Of a stretch of DNA of 64,000 nucleotides, positions 1-12,870 are shown piece after piece. A program made the position numbers and the translations under genes. This stretch comes from Macrostomum lignano (lineage: Eukaryota). The notes beneath the pieces are model-generated. The model worked only from the letters and a program-made list of their open reading frames with translations, had not been told where the DNA came from and made no database searches. The stretch covers positions 124,001 to 188,000 of the forward strand of contig NIVC01001789.1 in the NCBI GenBank assembly GCA_002269645.1. The letters run 5' to 3'. Numbering within the stretch: position 1 is the stretch's first letter; the number at the start of each line of letters is the position of its first letter.

Positions 1-941
1 GACTTTCTTGGCCCAATTCTGATTGAACCATGCCGGCCAGTTCTTCAGCACGAAGTTCAGGAAGCTGTGTTTCGCTCGGCTCATCATCACCGCATTCGAA
101 ATCAGTGCCGGAAGATTGAACGTGAAGACTGCGTGCTCAGTAGGCTCCTGACTCCACACGGCTGACTCACAGTCGAAGTTCGGAGTCAGCCCCGCTCCCT
201 GAAGCTGCGACTGTCTCAGCAGCGGTGTCGGATCTCGAAGCAGCTCCACATCCGTGTCGACGTACAGACCGCCGACGTGGTGCAGCACGACCAGACGGCC
301 GATGTCCGATCGCTCCAGCCCGTTGACCAGCTTGCGGTAGCTTTGAACAAGGTACGGATAGTGCTTTGAGATGAGCTCGGAGATCTGCTTGTCGTCAAAG
401 TGCATGAAGTGCCAGCGGTCAGTGGGGAATTCGTCAGCATTCGAGCTGTTTCTGTCAGCGCTGCTGCTATCGTTGAGTCTGACATCGAGCAGTCGCCTCC
501 ATGAGCGCACAATGGGAATCAGCTTGGCTGGCACTCGACCGTCTTTGCTGGTCCAGTGCACCAGCGGCGGGATGGAGTCCGGGAAGCGGAAGGGCAGCTC
601 GCCGCACTGCCACTTGTAGCTAAAAATCGACTGCGAAGTCCAGTTTGCGCTGAGCAGGCAGAGCAGCACCGACGCCACCAGGATCAGGAGGAACGATTTC
701 CACTTGTTGGCTGCTGGGATTTTATTTGAAAAAGTTTTGATTCATTTATGAATTACGAAACAGAGCTGTGTATGAGCGTAAAAGATGATGGTCTCTCGGA
801 TTCCAAGTTTTAGGTTTGTTTTTAAGTTCAGTTTTTCTCAACTGCAACTATTGTACGAGCATAAGTGATGTGTTTAAACAAAGGCGGTCACTTACCAGTA
901 CTCAAACAACAGCATGGAAATTGTAACTTTTGGCTTAGCAT
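1..941 (-). CDS. GT32 / DXD-motif glycosyltransferase paralog 1, type II membrane; 3' end runs off the window. Exons complement(896..941, <1..710)
   Basis: Hand translation is open from 710 to base 1: ...IPPLVHWTSKDG...RSDIGRLVVLHHVGGLYVDTDVE...ISNAVMMSRAKHSF. Acceptor cag|CC at 710. Upstream exon MLSQKLQFPCCCLST-G|gtaagt (phase 1) joins in frame to ANKWKSFLLILVASVLLCLLS (TM anchor). Confidence 0.85.
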
Positions 942-1734
942 TCACTTTTGAAAAAAATGATTACGCTATGGTGGTCAATTTCAATCGTCTCGTGTGTGAC
1001 ACATGTAAGTAAAGCAGCCATGGACAGCTAGTGAAAAATTGTCCCTTAAACACTAAAATACTCACAATTCTGGCAGTAGCACGAAAAGCTTCTGTCGGGG
1101 TCAGAAAGAGAGCATGCTACTGCACAGAATGTACTGTCCATTTTTGTGACCTCTGTGCACAACGATGAAGAGAGAAGAGAGTTTGCTTGTTTGCGCGTGT
1201 ATGACTGTGCTCGCCAGTCCAAGGCTTGCTGAAAACTGCGCTTTGTGTGTCAATATGCTCTCTTTCTCCTTGGTATTGTTAGACTCCGAGACTCCTCTCT
1301 ATAGAATGCCAGACAAAGTTGCTGAGTAAGAGTTCCTACCCCGTGAATTACTGAGTTTGTTCGGTACGTGAGGCATGCCCATGAGTTATTATGAATGTAC
1401 ACGTATAAGCGTGAATTCATAACTTGTTACAGCCAGTTGAAAGTATACTTAACAACATGCTAGACCTGCAGTGGGCCTGGGCTAGAGTTGGAAACCTGCG
1501 CCATTGCAATGTAGTGAGCTGAAGTCAGTCAGAGGTTTTCAATATTACCGAGTGTACATTGCATTAAGCTTTCACCCGGATCATTGTTCTAACTGTGCAA
1601 ATTAGGTATAGCCAGAACTATGGGAGGCAGGATTTTCTTCTTGACGATGTCTCCAAACAAAAAAGCAAAGTTCCCAATTCGGGAATTCAGCGCATACTTT
1701 TATTCGATTATCAAATATTCATGATACATTGCGG

Positions 1735-2965
1735 CAGTGTTGGGCAAGTTACTCAAAAAAAGTAACTTACGTTACTGTAACTTAAGTTACCACTTTTTAA
1801 AAAGTAACTTACGTTCGCCTAGTAACTTTGAACAAAAACCCGGTAACTTTTAAGTTACTTCCGTTACTTACTTCCGTTACCTATGTTATTAACAAATTTT
1901 CTGCTTTTTTGACATTGCAAATGTGCTGGAACAGCACAAATGATCGCGAAAGCCAGGAGGAAGAATACAACAACATTAATTTCAGTAACTGTATTAAATT
2001 TTAATCACTTTAGGCCCTTTCCGTAAAAAAAGAGAAGCTGAAGGTCAGAAACGTTAAAGGCAAAACGCAATTTAATTTTTAATAACATTATAAGTTATAA
2101 TACACAAGGACAACTTAACGTAACTTCAGTTGTCCTTGATAATACATCGCTCGTAATAAGTACCTGGCTTTACTCCACTCTACGGTCTGCTTTACTAGTC
2201 TTTTTATTTATTTTCAATTATTATCATTAATATTAAATTATTGTGCAGTGCAGTGCAGTGCCAGTGGACTTTAGTGGTGTAGCCAGGGAGGCCGCCTTAA
2301 CAATCGTTGGGGCGGCAACTTCACCCCACCTGCAAGACACCCCTCCTGGGGGGGTGGGGTTGGGCGTGGCGGGTACCAAAAACCATGAGGCGATTGGGTG
2401 CCTGCGGCGCTTAAATGAGTGCTTGCGGCGCTAAAATGAGTGCCTGCGGCGCTAAAAGTGGCAATGGCATGAGGCATGGCCAGCCAGGCCAACCCGCCCC
2501 CCTCCAATTAAAATTCCTGGCTACGTCGATCACTGAGTGGATTTGTGGAGACTACAGATGAATTTCTTTCTTTGGTTGTTTGTTTCTAAGAACTAAACAA
2601 AATATTTTTATTAACTTAAAAACGAAAAGCAAAAATATTTTACTGAAAATAACAAAGTAAAAACATGTTTCAAGTATTTCTTTATTAATTACAGCGTAAT
2701 ACCGTATGATATTATTCACTTAGTTTTGAATTTAGGAATGAAAAATGCTAAAAATGTGACAACTGGCGTAATAGCTAAGCATATCAGTTTTAAATTTAAA
2801 TATTGCGATTGTTGCAAAGTAACTGTAACGGACTTCCGAAATTTAAGTAACTTACCGTTACCCCGTTACCAAAATAGGAAAGTAACTTGCGTAAGGAACG
2901 CTTTACGAAAAAGTAACTTGCGTTACCATTTACAAGTTACTCGGTAACGGAAGTGCCCAACACTG
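1735..2965. mobile_element. Non-autonomous hAT-type DNA transposon (MITE)
   Basis: 12-bp TIR cagtgttgggca / tgcccaacactg; perfect 8-bp TSD cattgcgg at 1727-1734 and 2966-2973; many subterminal gtaac/gttac repeats; no transposase ORF. Confidence 0.9.
2272..2535. mobile_element. Small GC-rich MITE nested in the hAT element
   Basis: Imperfect TIR gtagccagg / cctggctac; flanks agtggact / agtggatt may be a TSD; contains about 3 copies of the 21-nt gcgctaaaatgagtgcctgcg unit. Confidence 0.5.
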
Positions 2966-3966
2966 CATTGCGGTAGAGAAGCACTCTTAACAGATAATAG
3001 TAAGACAAAACTCAATATTATTTGCGACGCGTTTCGGCTAAAACTAGCCATGTGTTGAAAAAAAGATTTTTCAACACAATAAACGCCACCCATCCTAACA
3101 TTAAATTCACCGTGGAATATGGTGGAAAGAAACTACCGTTTCTTGACATCGAGATCCATCTGAAGGACTGCGCTATTGAGACCGAAGTGTATCGCAAGCC
3201 CACATTCACTAACTTGATGCTTAATTTCCAGGCGTTGTGCCCCAGGGAATGGAAGACGGGAGTCATTCGTTGTCTGCTTCATCGTGCCTATACAGTATGT
3301 TGCTCTTGGTCGTTGCTGCACAACGAGTTTACCAACATTATCAATATTCTCACTGCCAATGGATACCCTATCAACTACATCATGAAGGTTATTGGTAATT
3401 TCTTAGATGAAAAAATTGAAAAAAAGCTTAAACCTAAGCGGCCAGATAGAGAACCAGGAGAACCAATCTTGACTCTTCCTTTTTTGGGCAACTCTTCGAT
3501 TGTGTTTAAGAGGCAAATTCGCAAAACTTGCCAAAAATTCTTTAAGACTAAGATTCATGTAGTGTTCCGTACTCATAAAGTCAGTCAATTTGTTGGGAGT
3601 TTAAAGTCTCGTGTTCCATGTGCTCTCAAGGCAGGTGTCATCTATCGTTTTCGTTGCTCTGTTGACCAGAGCATTACCTACATTGGTAAAACCAAGCGAC
3701 ACCTACTCACGAGAGCCAAGGAACATAGGCAACGAAACTCTCCGATTCATGAACATTTGCTGCAATGCCATGGTTGTTGTGATGAGCCAGACATAACCTC
3801 TCATTTCAAGGTCATAGACAACAGCAAAAATGAGCATAAACTTAACATTCTTGAAGCTCTGCACATTAAGTTACACAAACCCACTCTCAATGTCCAACTA
3901 TCTGGAGGAGGTGCGAGTGAACAGCTGTTGGTGTTCTAAGCTAGAGTACATTTGGGGCGCATACGC

Positions 3967-3971
<5 letters not shown>

Positions 3972-4012
<41 letters not shown>
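3972..4012. repeat. (CT)n microsatellite in the PLE 3' UTR
   Basis: Seen directly. Confidence 0.95.
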
Positions 4013-4015
<3 letters not shown>

Positions 4016-4155
4016 CTCTGTCCTGTCATTCCACAAAAAATATTATGAACATTGCTATACTGTACATTGATCCTTTAGTCCTTTTATATCTTTTCAATAC
4101 CTGATTTTGTCGTCTACACAGTATTTAATAGGTTGAAATAAATTCTGTTCGATAG

Positions 4156-4193
4156 TGCCTGAAGATGGCTAGTTTTAGCCGAAACGCGTCGCA
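4156..4193 (+). ncRNA. Minimal type I hammerhead ribozyme in the PLE 3' repeat
   Basis: tgc-CTGAAGA-t-ggcta(gttt)tagcc-GAAA-cgc-GTC^gca: both catalytic boxes, a 5-bp stem II, a palindromic acgcgt stem III and a 3-bp stem I. Predicted cleavage after 4190. Confidence 0.8.
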
Positions 4194-4215
4194 AATAATA
4201 TTGAGTTTTGTCTTA

Positions 4216-4655
4216 TCATGATACATTATCCATTATCCATTATCTATCCACTATCCATGATCCATCATACATTATCCATTACCCACTATCCATGATCCAT
4301 CATACATTATCCATTATCCATGATCCACGATACATCGTAAATTATCGGCCATTATCCATTAACTACGATCCATCATACATTATCCATTATCCACGAATTC
4401 ATGATCTATGATCCATCATACATTATCCATTATTCATGATCCATCATACATCGTAAATTATCGGCCATTATCCATTTTCCATGATCCATCATTATACACT
4501 ATTCATTATTCATGATCCATCATACATTATCCATGATTCCTTATCTATTATCCATGATCCTTCATACATTATTCATTATCCATTATCCATGATCCATCAT
4601 ACATCGTAAATTATCGGCCATTATCCTTTAACCACGATCCATCATACATTACGAT
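4216..4655. repeat. Degenerate minisatellite (tccatgatccatcatacattatccatta-like) abutting the PLE end
   Basis: Tandem units seen directly. Confidence 0.85.
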
Positions 4656-5303
4656 TTTTACATTAGCTCTAATTATCGAACGCACAAGTCGAGGGTGCAG
4701 ATTTTTATGTTTTATGATACGAGCTTTGTACTTGATTGATTTTAACTAAGTAATTATCTAATAAAAAGAAAAATTGCCCAATTGGCATAAATAAGTGAAT
4801 AAAAATATTTTTCGATGTAATATTCAGCTAGTTCCATTCTGGGAACTGGGAAGTGCATGGGCACCCTGACTAGATTAAAAGATTTTTATCGTTTATAAAG
4901 TTCGATTGCTTATTTTCGAGAGCATCCTCTTGGGCTGTACATGGTAGAACAACTCTGGGGATATGTCGGGCTGGGGACGCAGCCCTACATGTTAACCACA
5001 GATAAATAAAGCAATAGTATTTCAATAACTCGTATTTAGTATAAATCATCCAATCCATTTCCAGTTGCAGACCCGAAAAACTCTTAAAGTATTTACCTCT
5101 AATAAGAGGTTCAAGTTGATGTTTAATTTAAGCTTCAAGTCAATGTGCAAATGTCCATGTCCAACAGCGATAAGTCCGTCTGCTAGCGAACTAAAGCTAC
5201 GAATTGCAGCAGTTACGTTGAATACTCGTGCGTGTCTGAATTGAAAATCAATAACGGAGAAAAACTGCAAATGAATGAGCATATCTCAGATACTGTAGCA
5301 AAT

Positions 5304-7046
<1,743 letters not shown>

Positions 7047-8159
7047 GCACCCGATAGAGCGATCCTTTTCACATGCAATTACTGGCACAAGCTGGTCAAT
7101 ACCAGCTAGAACTGATGAAACTGTGTGCCTCTCTGTACACGTAGCTCTGTGCGCGTCAGCACACGTTTATTTATTCTTACCTGCTCGCGCTTGGACACAG
7201 TACGAGGGTACAAATGCTTTTATTGTTCAATGTCTCAGTACAGTTAGACAACCTATAAGGTCTGAGTCAGCTAGCTGCTGCTACAGGGAGGGACAGTGGC
7301 TGCTGATTGGCTCTTTCTCTCTTTACAAAGTCGTACCCAGAGCTAAGAGTTACATTAACAGTCATACGTTACCTTCTTTAGGCAAAAAGTAGAGTCAAGT
7401 TTAGTTTATAAAAAGGACTGCGACGACAGCTAACTAAATATGCATGATTCCAGCCTGCCTGCAGGGCGTCAGAATCAAGCAAAATCAAGCAAAGCCTGAC
7501 TATTCGAAGTCGTGAGGCATAGCAAGACCAGGGACTTTTAAATCTAGCACCACTAGACTGGAAGCTAGAATAGTTCTTTCGAGTTAGGGCAACTGGGGAT
7601 AGGGGACTGGGGGGAGAGCAGGGAAACAGACAAACGAATGGAAATGTACAGGGCATTAATATGTGCTCGTTGTATGTACAATTTAAGAAATTAGTCACCC
7701 TCCTAACCCCCAGATCCTCCTTGCTTCTCTGCTAAGCACTGACAAGAGTATATGATACATTGCACCCTGCAGGTTGCCCCTTAAATCACAAATCCACACT
7801 GCTATCATTTCCAAGAGCATGCTTCAGTACAAGCTTTAAATGCTGCATGTATGTTCAGCCTACTGCTGATGGTGTCTACTGTCTAATGCTCAACTCGAGC
7901 AACCACGGAATCTCAGTGTGTCAGTCAGTGTGTCGTGTTTGCTGCTACAACTGCCTGGCCGAAGGCCTTTCCGTCACGCATGGAGCCAATGGACTGCCAC
8001 GAAAAGCAAGCATGTTCAGCGACTTACTGACTGGAGGAAAAGCTTTGACCCTCAAGTCCCAGTTAGCTTGTGAATCCATTATCCAGAATCAAGAATTAAA
8101 CTAAAGATTCCTGCAAGGCTGAGTTGTCACCTGAGACCAAGGTCGCCAGTCTGCTGGAT

Positions 8160-8400
8160 GCGGTGTGCAAGACCTCTTGGAGGCAGCAGAAGGGCTGACG
8201 GACAATCGGACTGTGAGCTTTGCCCTGGAGCAGCTGAAGCTCAGCAAGAAGTCATCATGCATCAGGAGGTACTCCAAGGATCTCCTTGTGCTCTCCTACT
8301 TAATCTAATCCATCAGGATACAAGACCGTGCTTGAGCAGGACGTCATCTGCCTCTCATCTGATCGCACGCCGAGGTCCATAACTGCAAGAGTTGGATCTT
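8160..8400 (+). pseudogene. Decayed P-element/THAP9-like transposase fragment
   Basis: Reads FALEQLKLSKKSSCIRRYSKDLLVLSYLI, then across a stop/frameshift NPSGYKTVLEQDVICLSSDRTPR. This resembles the RRYS...AY..L...LP...TL region of P-type transposases; pattern recognition only. Confidence 0.4.
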
Positions 8401-8852
8401 CAAGCGGCGCGGCCTTTACAGCCAAGGCTACCTTGCGCTGCTGAGAGTTTCAAAGCTGTTAACTCTGCTACATCTAGGCAGCTGGAAGTTGAGAATATAT
8501 AAATGCGTCCTGCAGGAATTTCAAACCATATAAAGTGAATTAAGCCTTTCTTACTTCGTTTCTTTTGCCCGTCCAAATGATGATTTTTAACATTGACCAT
8601 CAACATGGTCGAAGTCGTTATGGCTATTATAGACAAATGAATAAATGGAAGACATAGGATTTTTTCCAACTTTGGCCCGGTCTTTCTGATCGACATAACA
8701 AGTATTTCAATTGTAATGGAAGTACGAACGAAGGAAGAAAAAAGGGAAGTTGTTTGTCTTGTTACTATTCTGTTTATGTTTATGACACAGTTTGACTAAT
8801 GTAAGTCAGAAAAGTCATGGCTAAGTAATAACAGTCTTAAGTGTCAGTTACG

Positions 8853-10109
8853 CTAAATTGTACAAGTAAGTATAGGAACTATAGACGAAAATGAGACTGA
8901 CAAAAACATGCGCTCTCTATAGCTTAAGTGCAAAAAGTTATGCAAAGTAAATGTATTGTCGGGAATGCGCTTCGACATAAAGTCGTCTTTAGCCATTCGC
9001 CGACAATATTGCCGTTGTCTCTCATTCAGCCGGCCAGCATCTGAGCAAATTTGCCGCATAATCTTTGGCAGGTAGCCCCAATCGCTGACTGGCTGGAAGG
9101 CCTCCGGTTCAGCCAGCATATTGCCGCACCAGTCGGCAGGTCTGTCGCTCGGCTTCAGCATGGTGTACTCATCGTAGAATGACTGCAGCATCTTTGGCCC
9201 GGTCACTAAAACAGCATCATCGACTGTTCTTTGTGTGATATTGGCCCAATTCTTCTCGAACCAGGACGGCCATTTCATCAGCACGAAGCTCAGGAAGCTG
9301 TGATTCGCTCGGCTCATCATCACCGCATTCGAAATCATTGAATCAATATTGAATATGAATATTGAATGCTCTATTGGCTCCTGACTCCACACTGCTGACT
9401 CACAGTCGAAGTTCGGAGTCAGCCCCGCTCCCTGAAGCTGCGACGGTCTCAGCAGCGGTGTCGGATCTCGAAGCAGCTCCACATCCGTGTCGATGTACAG
9501 ACCGCCGACGTGGTGCAGCACGACCAGACGGCCGATGTCCGATCGCTCCAGCCCGTTGACCAGCTTGCGGTAGCTTTGAACAAGGTACGGATAGTGCTTC
9601 GAGATGAGCTCGGAGATCTGCTTGTCGTCCCAGTGCATGAAGTGCCAGCTCTCTGAGCTGGCCTTGTTGACGTTGTCATTAGTTAATCGTCTCCATGTGC
9701 GCACAATGGGAATTATCTCACTAGGCACTCGGCCGTCTTTGCTGGTCCAGTGCACCAGCGGCGGGATGGAGTCTGGGAACTGGGAGGGCAGCTGGCTGCA
9801 AGGCAGCCCGTCTGGCAAATTTGATTGCGCAGTCTTCTTAGCAGGAATCCGACCGCAGTCTGTTTTGGGTCCGCAAGACTGCTCCAGCTCAATTCTGACC
9901 AGACTGGGAAGCACTTTCAATACCACAACCAGCAGCATTAAAAGCAGCAGACCGCGAATTCGTCCTTAATTTTTTCGCAGATGGGGGGGGCGCAATTCGC
10001 TTTTTAAATCTATTAAAGTACAATAACAGACTGCATGTATACATGTAAAGGCGTAAGTCTGCTGAATGTTGCAACGTGACATTCAAATTTACTCACCGAT
10101 GTCGTCCAT
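8853..10109 (-). CDS. GT32 / DXD-motif glycosyltransferase paralog 3. Exons complement(10097..10109, 8853..9964)
   Basis: ATG GAC GAC ATC G|gtgagt joins acceptor ttaag|GA to give MDDIGRIRGLLLLMLLVVVLKVL (TM); intact DXD motif (YIDTDVE) and stop at 8853. Confidence 0.88.
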
Positions 10110-10588
10110 TCGGCAGTTGGTAATGTGTCTACGAATGGTCATTTCGACGTGTTCACAGCCCAGGAACCGTGAGAGATTCCTATCTTTCTTTCTTTAATTA
10201 ACAAATTTCGCTTCTTTCATCAAGAAATTATTCATTTACTTATATTTCCACCAGTTGTCACATGCAATTGTCTCGCAGCTGGAATTGTGGGTGTTCCTCT
10301 TTGCTGCCTGATTCAATAAAAAGTCATTTATAGTAAGTGTGAGAGACAGGCAATATATAGTGTTAGCACTAGCTGCCTGAACAAAATCTTTTTTTTCTCC
10401 GGAAGCGAAGCACATTATTTTTTCCACACCTGTTGTTAAAAAAACTATTTCTTTAGATTTTTTCCTTGATTACAGCAATTAGTTGATTATGTAAAAAGTT
10501 ATTGGAGGAACAAACTTCCGCTATAGTCTTTACGCTCGTAGTCACTGCTCTATTTGTAGTCGTATCTCTCAAATTACAATTTTAGTGC

Positions 10589-11918
10589 AGTGATGGGTTT
10601 CAACCTTCCAGCCCCCTCGTGAGGAAGCCTTCGGGCCTCAGGTCTCAGAAATAAATCAATTAGAGGCTGCAGCCCGTACGTCCTGGCTCACCACACCGGG
10701 ACTCTCGAAATCGGGCTTCCGACTAGAGGGGGCTTTGCACTTACCTGCCAACTAGTGTCTTTTTGCTGTCTATTTTGAAGTCATAGCCGATGATAAGCTG
10801 GGACACTGCTGGGACACTGCTGGGACTAGATCGCATTGGCCATGCAGGTACAGAGGGGACTTGTGCAGGGGATTCTTGCAGTGGCGAGACTATGGGGTAG
10901 CTACATGTACTATTACATTGCTAAATACGAGGAATTGTACTTTTGGCCTTCAACCAGCCTCTCCTAGCGCCGATGATAGCTAGGCTAACTCGAACCTCAG
11001 AGACCGCATGATTCGTCACCCGAGCCGCTTGGCTAACCTAGAGTGCACAGAGTACATCTCTGGAGCCGATTCTGCACTACTGGCAGTTTCGCTAACTGAT
11101 CTGATAGATTGATCGACTGAGAACTGCCTTGCCATTGGTCCACTGTGACCGGCGCCTACTAGTTTAGCTATTCATCTGAGCCATCGGCGAACAAAGAAAT
11201 GGAGCCGATAAAAATAACTGTTAGATTTAACCTTCTCCTTAGATCGCTTCACACTTCAGATTGAATTGGAGCTTTAGACTACTAGCAGTATTATCGAATG
11301 ACGTCTGCCTCGATTACAGCACTACTGAACAAAATGAGCAAAAGTGTGCGCCTAATCCAGCTACTGAAACAGGGGACAGATAAGGAATCACCCATTCAAG
11401 CAAGTCTAGGCAGCCTCTCACCCAACCAATCAGAAACTCAACAGCCTGAGACCAGGTAATCCACAGTGACAGAATCGGCCTAGTGCTTCGCAGCTGTAGA
11501 CCCGGGATGATGCTGATGTCGCAATCTTCGCTGATAGCTAGCAGGTGATGCTCTTCACTTTGATGTTCGCTGCTGATGACCGGGGGGACTCGTCCTTGAT
11601 GATGATGGGGGGAAGTCGCAATCGGGATCAAGAAACGACGGTCAGTTCCTGGCCGGTGGAGCCAAGGGTAGCACCCGGTCGCCAGAAGGTTTGCAGGGGT
11701 AGCACCCCGAAAGGTGCCGTCCGAGCGGGCCAAAAACACCGGTTTAAATAGCCGCCAACTGGACCGCAGTTTGTTATAATGGGACACGTCGATTCTGATT
11801 GGCTGAGCCGATTTGTTAAAATGAGCGTCGAATTTTCTGATTGGCTAAGCTTGTTGCTACCCAGAATCACGTGACCGGGAGATCCTATCAGTTCCCTCGG
11901 GGTCGTAAAAACATGACA
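10589..11918 (-). mobile_element. Probable solo LTR
   Basis: The minus strand begins tgtcatg and ends ...cccatcact (one change from the canonical ca end). 5-bp flanks agtgc / ggtgc (one mismatch). Two CCAAT boxes (agccaatcaga) followed by ctatttaaa near the 5' end. No pol ORF. Confidence 0.5.
11744..11835 (-). promoter_or_regulatory. CCAAT-CCAAT-TATA core promoter inside the putative LTR
   Basis: Plus strand shows tctgattggct twice (~11795 and ~11818) and tttaaatag (~11743-11751). Confidence 0.45.
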
Positions 11919-12624
11919 GGTGCGGCCATAAATCAATCAAAATCGCAACAAAATGATTTATGACTTTTCGCGTAGAATTGACAAAAGTTAATGAAAAAAT
12001 AAACATTAGAAAGCTCTTATTAAATAGAAAGTGAAGATAATGAAGAGAAATCGCTAATCGCTAATCCCAAAGTACTTTTAGGGGTAAAACGCATAGCTGT
12101 CAAAACTGTCACACGCTTGAGTGAACACGAACAATAGGCCCTGACCTCATAAATCTTGATGGCCTGTCAAAATGATGAGAAAAAAGCTACCGCCCGCATC
12201 CTCTCAGACCATCTGGCGCCCGCTTCAACACTGAGTGAGGCGCAGGTGGCTGTCAGACCAGCTTTGAAAGCGATGATTTATGACCCAAAAAGCTGCGCCT
12301 ATGTTATTATGACTACTAGTATGACCAAACATTATATCTAGTATAGATTCTATGACAATTCGCAGAAAAAGGATAAAAATGCCCATTGCCCACTGTTAGT
12401 AGGCTAGTAAGTTCAGAGCACATATGTGCTAGCGCGGGATTTGGAAAAAAGTGCGTCCTCATCAGCAGCTTGATGCAGCGCAATGTACATAGCAAAAGTT
12501 GCCGAGGGGTCACTCCCACTGCATGGCAGAGACATTTCCTGCAAGAATGAATATACCATGGTATAACATTAAAAGCTGTAATATATTACAGAAGCTGTAG
12601 CGCCCTCATCGACGGCAAAATAAC

Positions 12625-12870
12625 ATGTATCGACGTCGGCCGACGTTCCCAACGTCCATCATCGTCGAATTAAAATATGTACGTTTACATTAAACCGGCG
12701 GATATCGACGTCATACGTCAATATACTGTGAAAATAATTAGAGACCTACGGATTACCACGTCATGCGTCGGCTGATCGAACGTTGGTGGAATTTAAAAGT
12801 ACATATTTGTCAGCGACATCGATATAGACTTCGAGAACGTCGGCCGACGTCGAATTACTGTACGGGTAGT
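12625..12870. mobile_element. Degenerate MITE / foldback fragment
   Basis: tcgacgtcggccgacgttc at ~12630 recurs inverted (gaacgtcggccgacgtcga) at ~12836; CpG-rich cgacgtc motifs between them. Confidence 0.45.

Larger units (their letters stand above)
3001..4215 (+). mobile_element. 5'-truncated Penelope-like retroelement (RT C-terminus plus GIY-YIG endonuclease) with an inverted copy of its 3' tail at the 5' end
   Basis: ORF to 3939 contains LPFLDI, VYRKPT, KTGVIRCLLHRA, NGYP (PLE RT thumb) and GVIYRFRC...YIGKTKRHL..R..EH...LEALHIKLHKPTLNVQ (GIY-YIG). 3001-3051 is the exact reverse complement of 4165-4215. Confidence 0.92.

Noticed and set aside
7176-7260. Strong minus-strand donor CAG|GTAAGA at 7181 as the coding first exon of GT paralog 2
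   Set aside because: No ATG was seen in the adjacent ~80 nt upstream; at most it is a 5' UTR exon.
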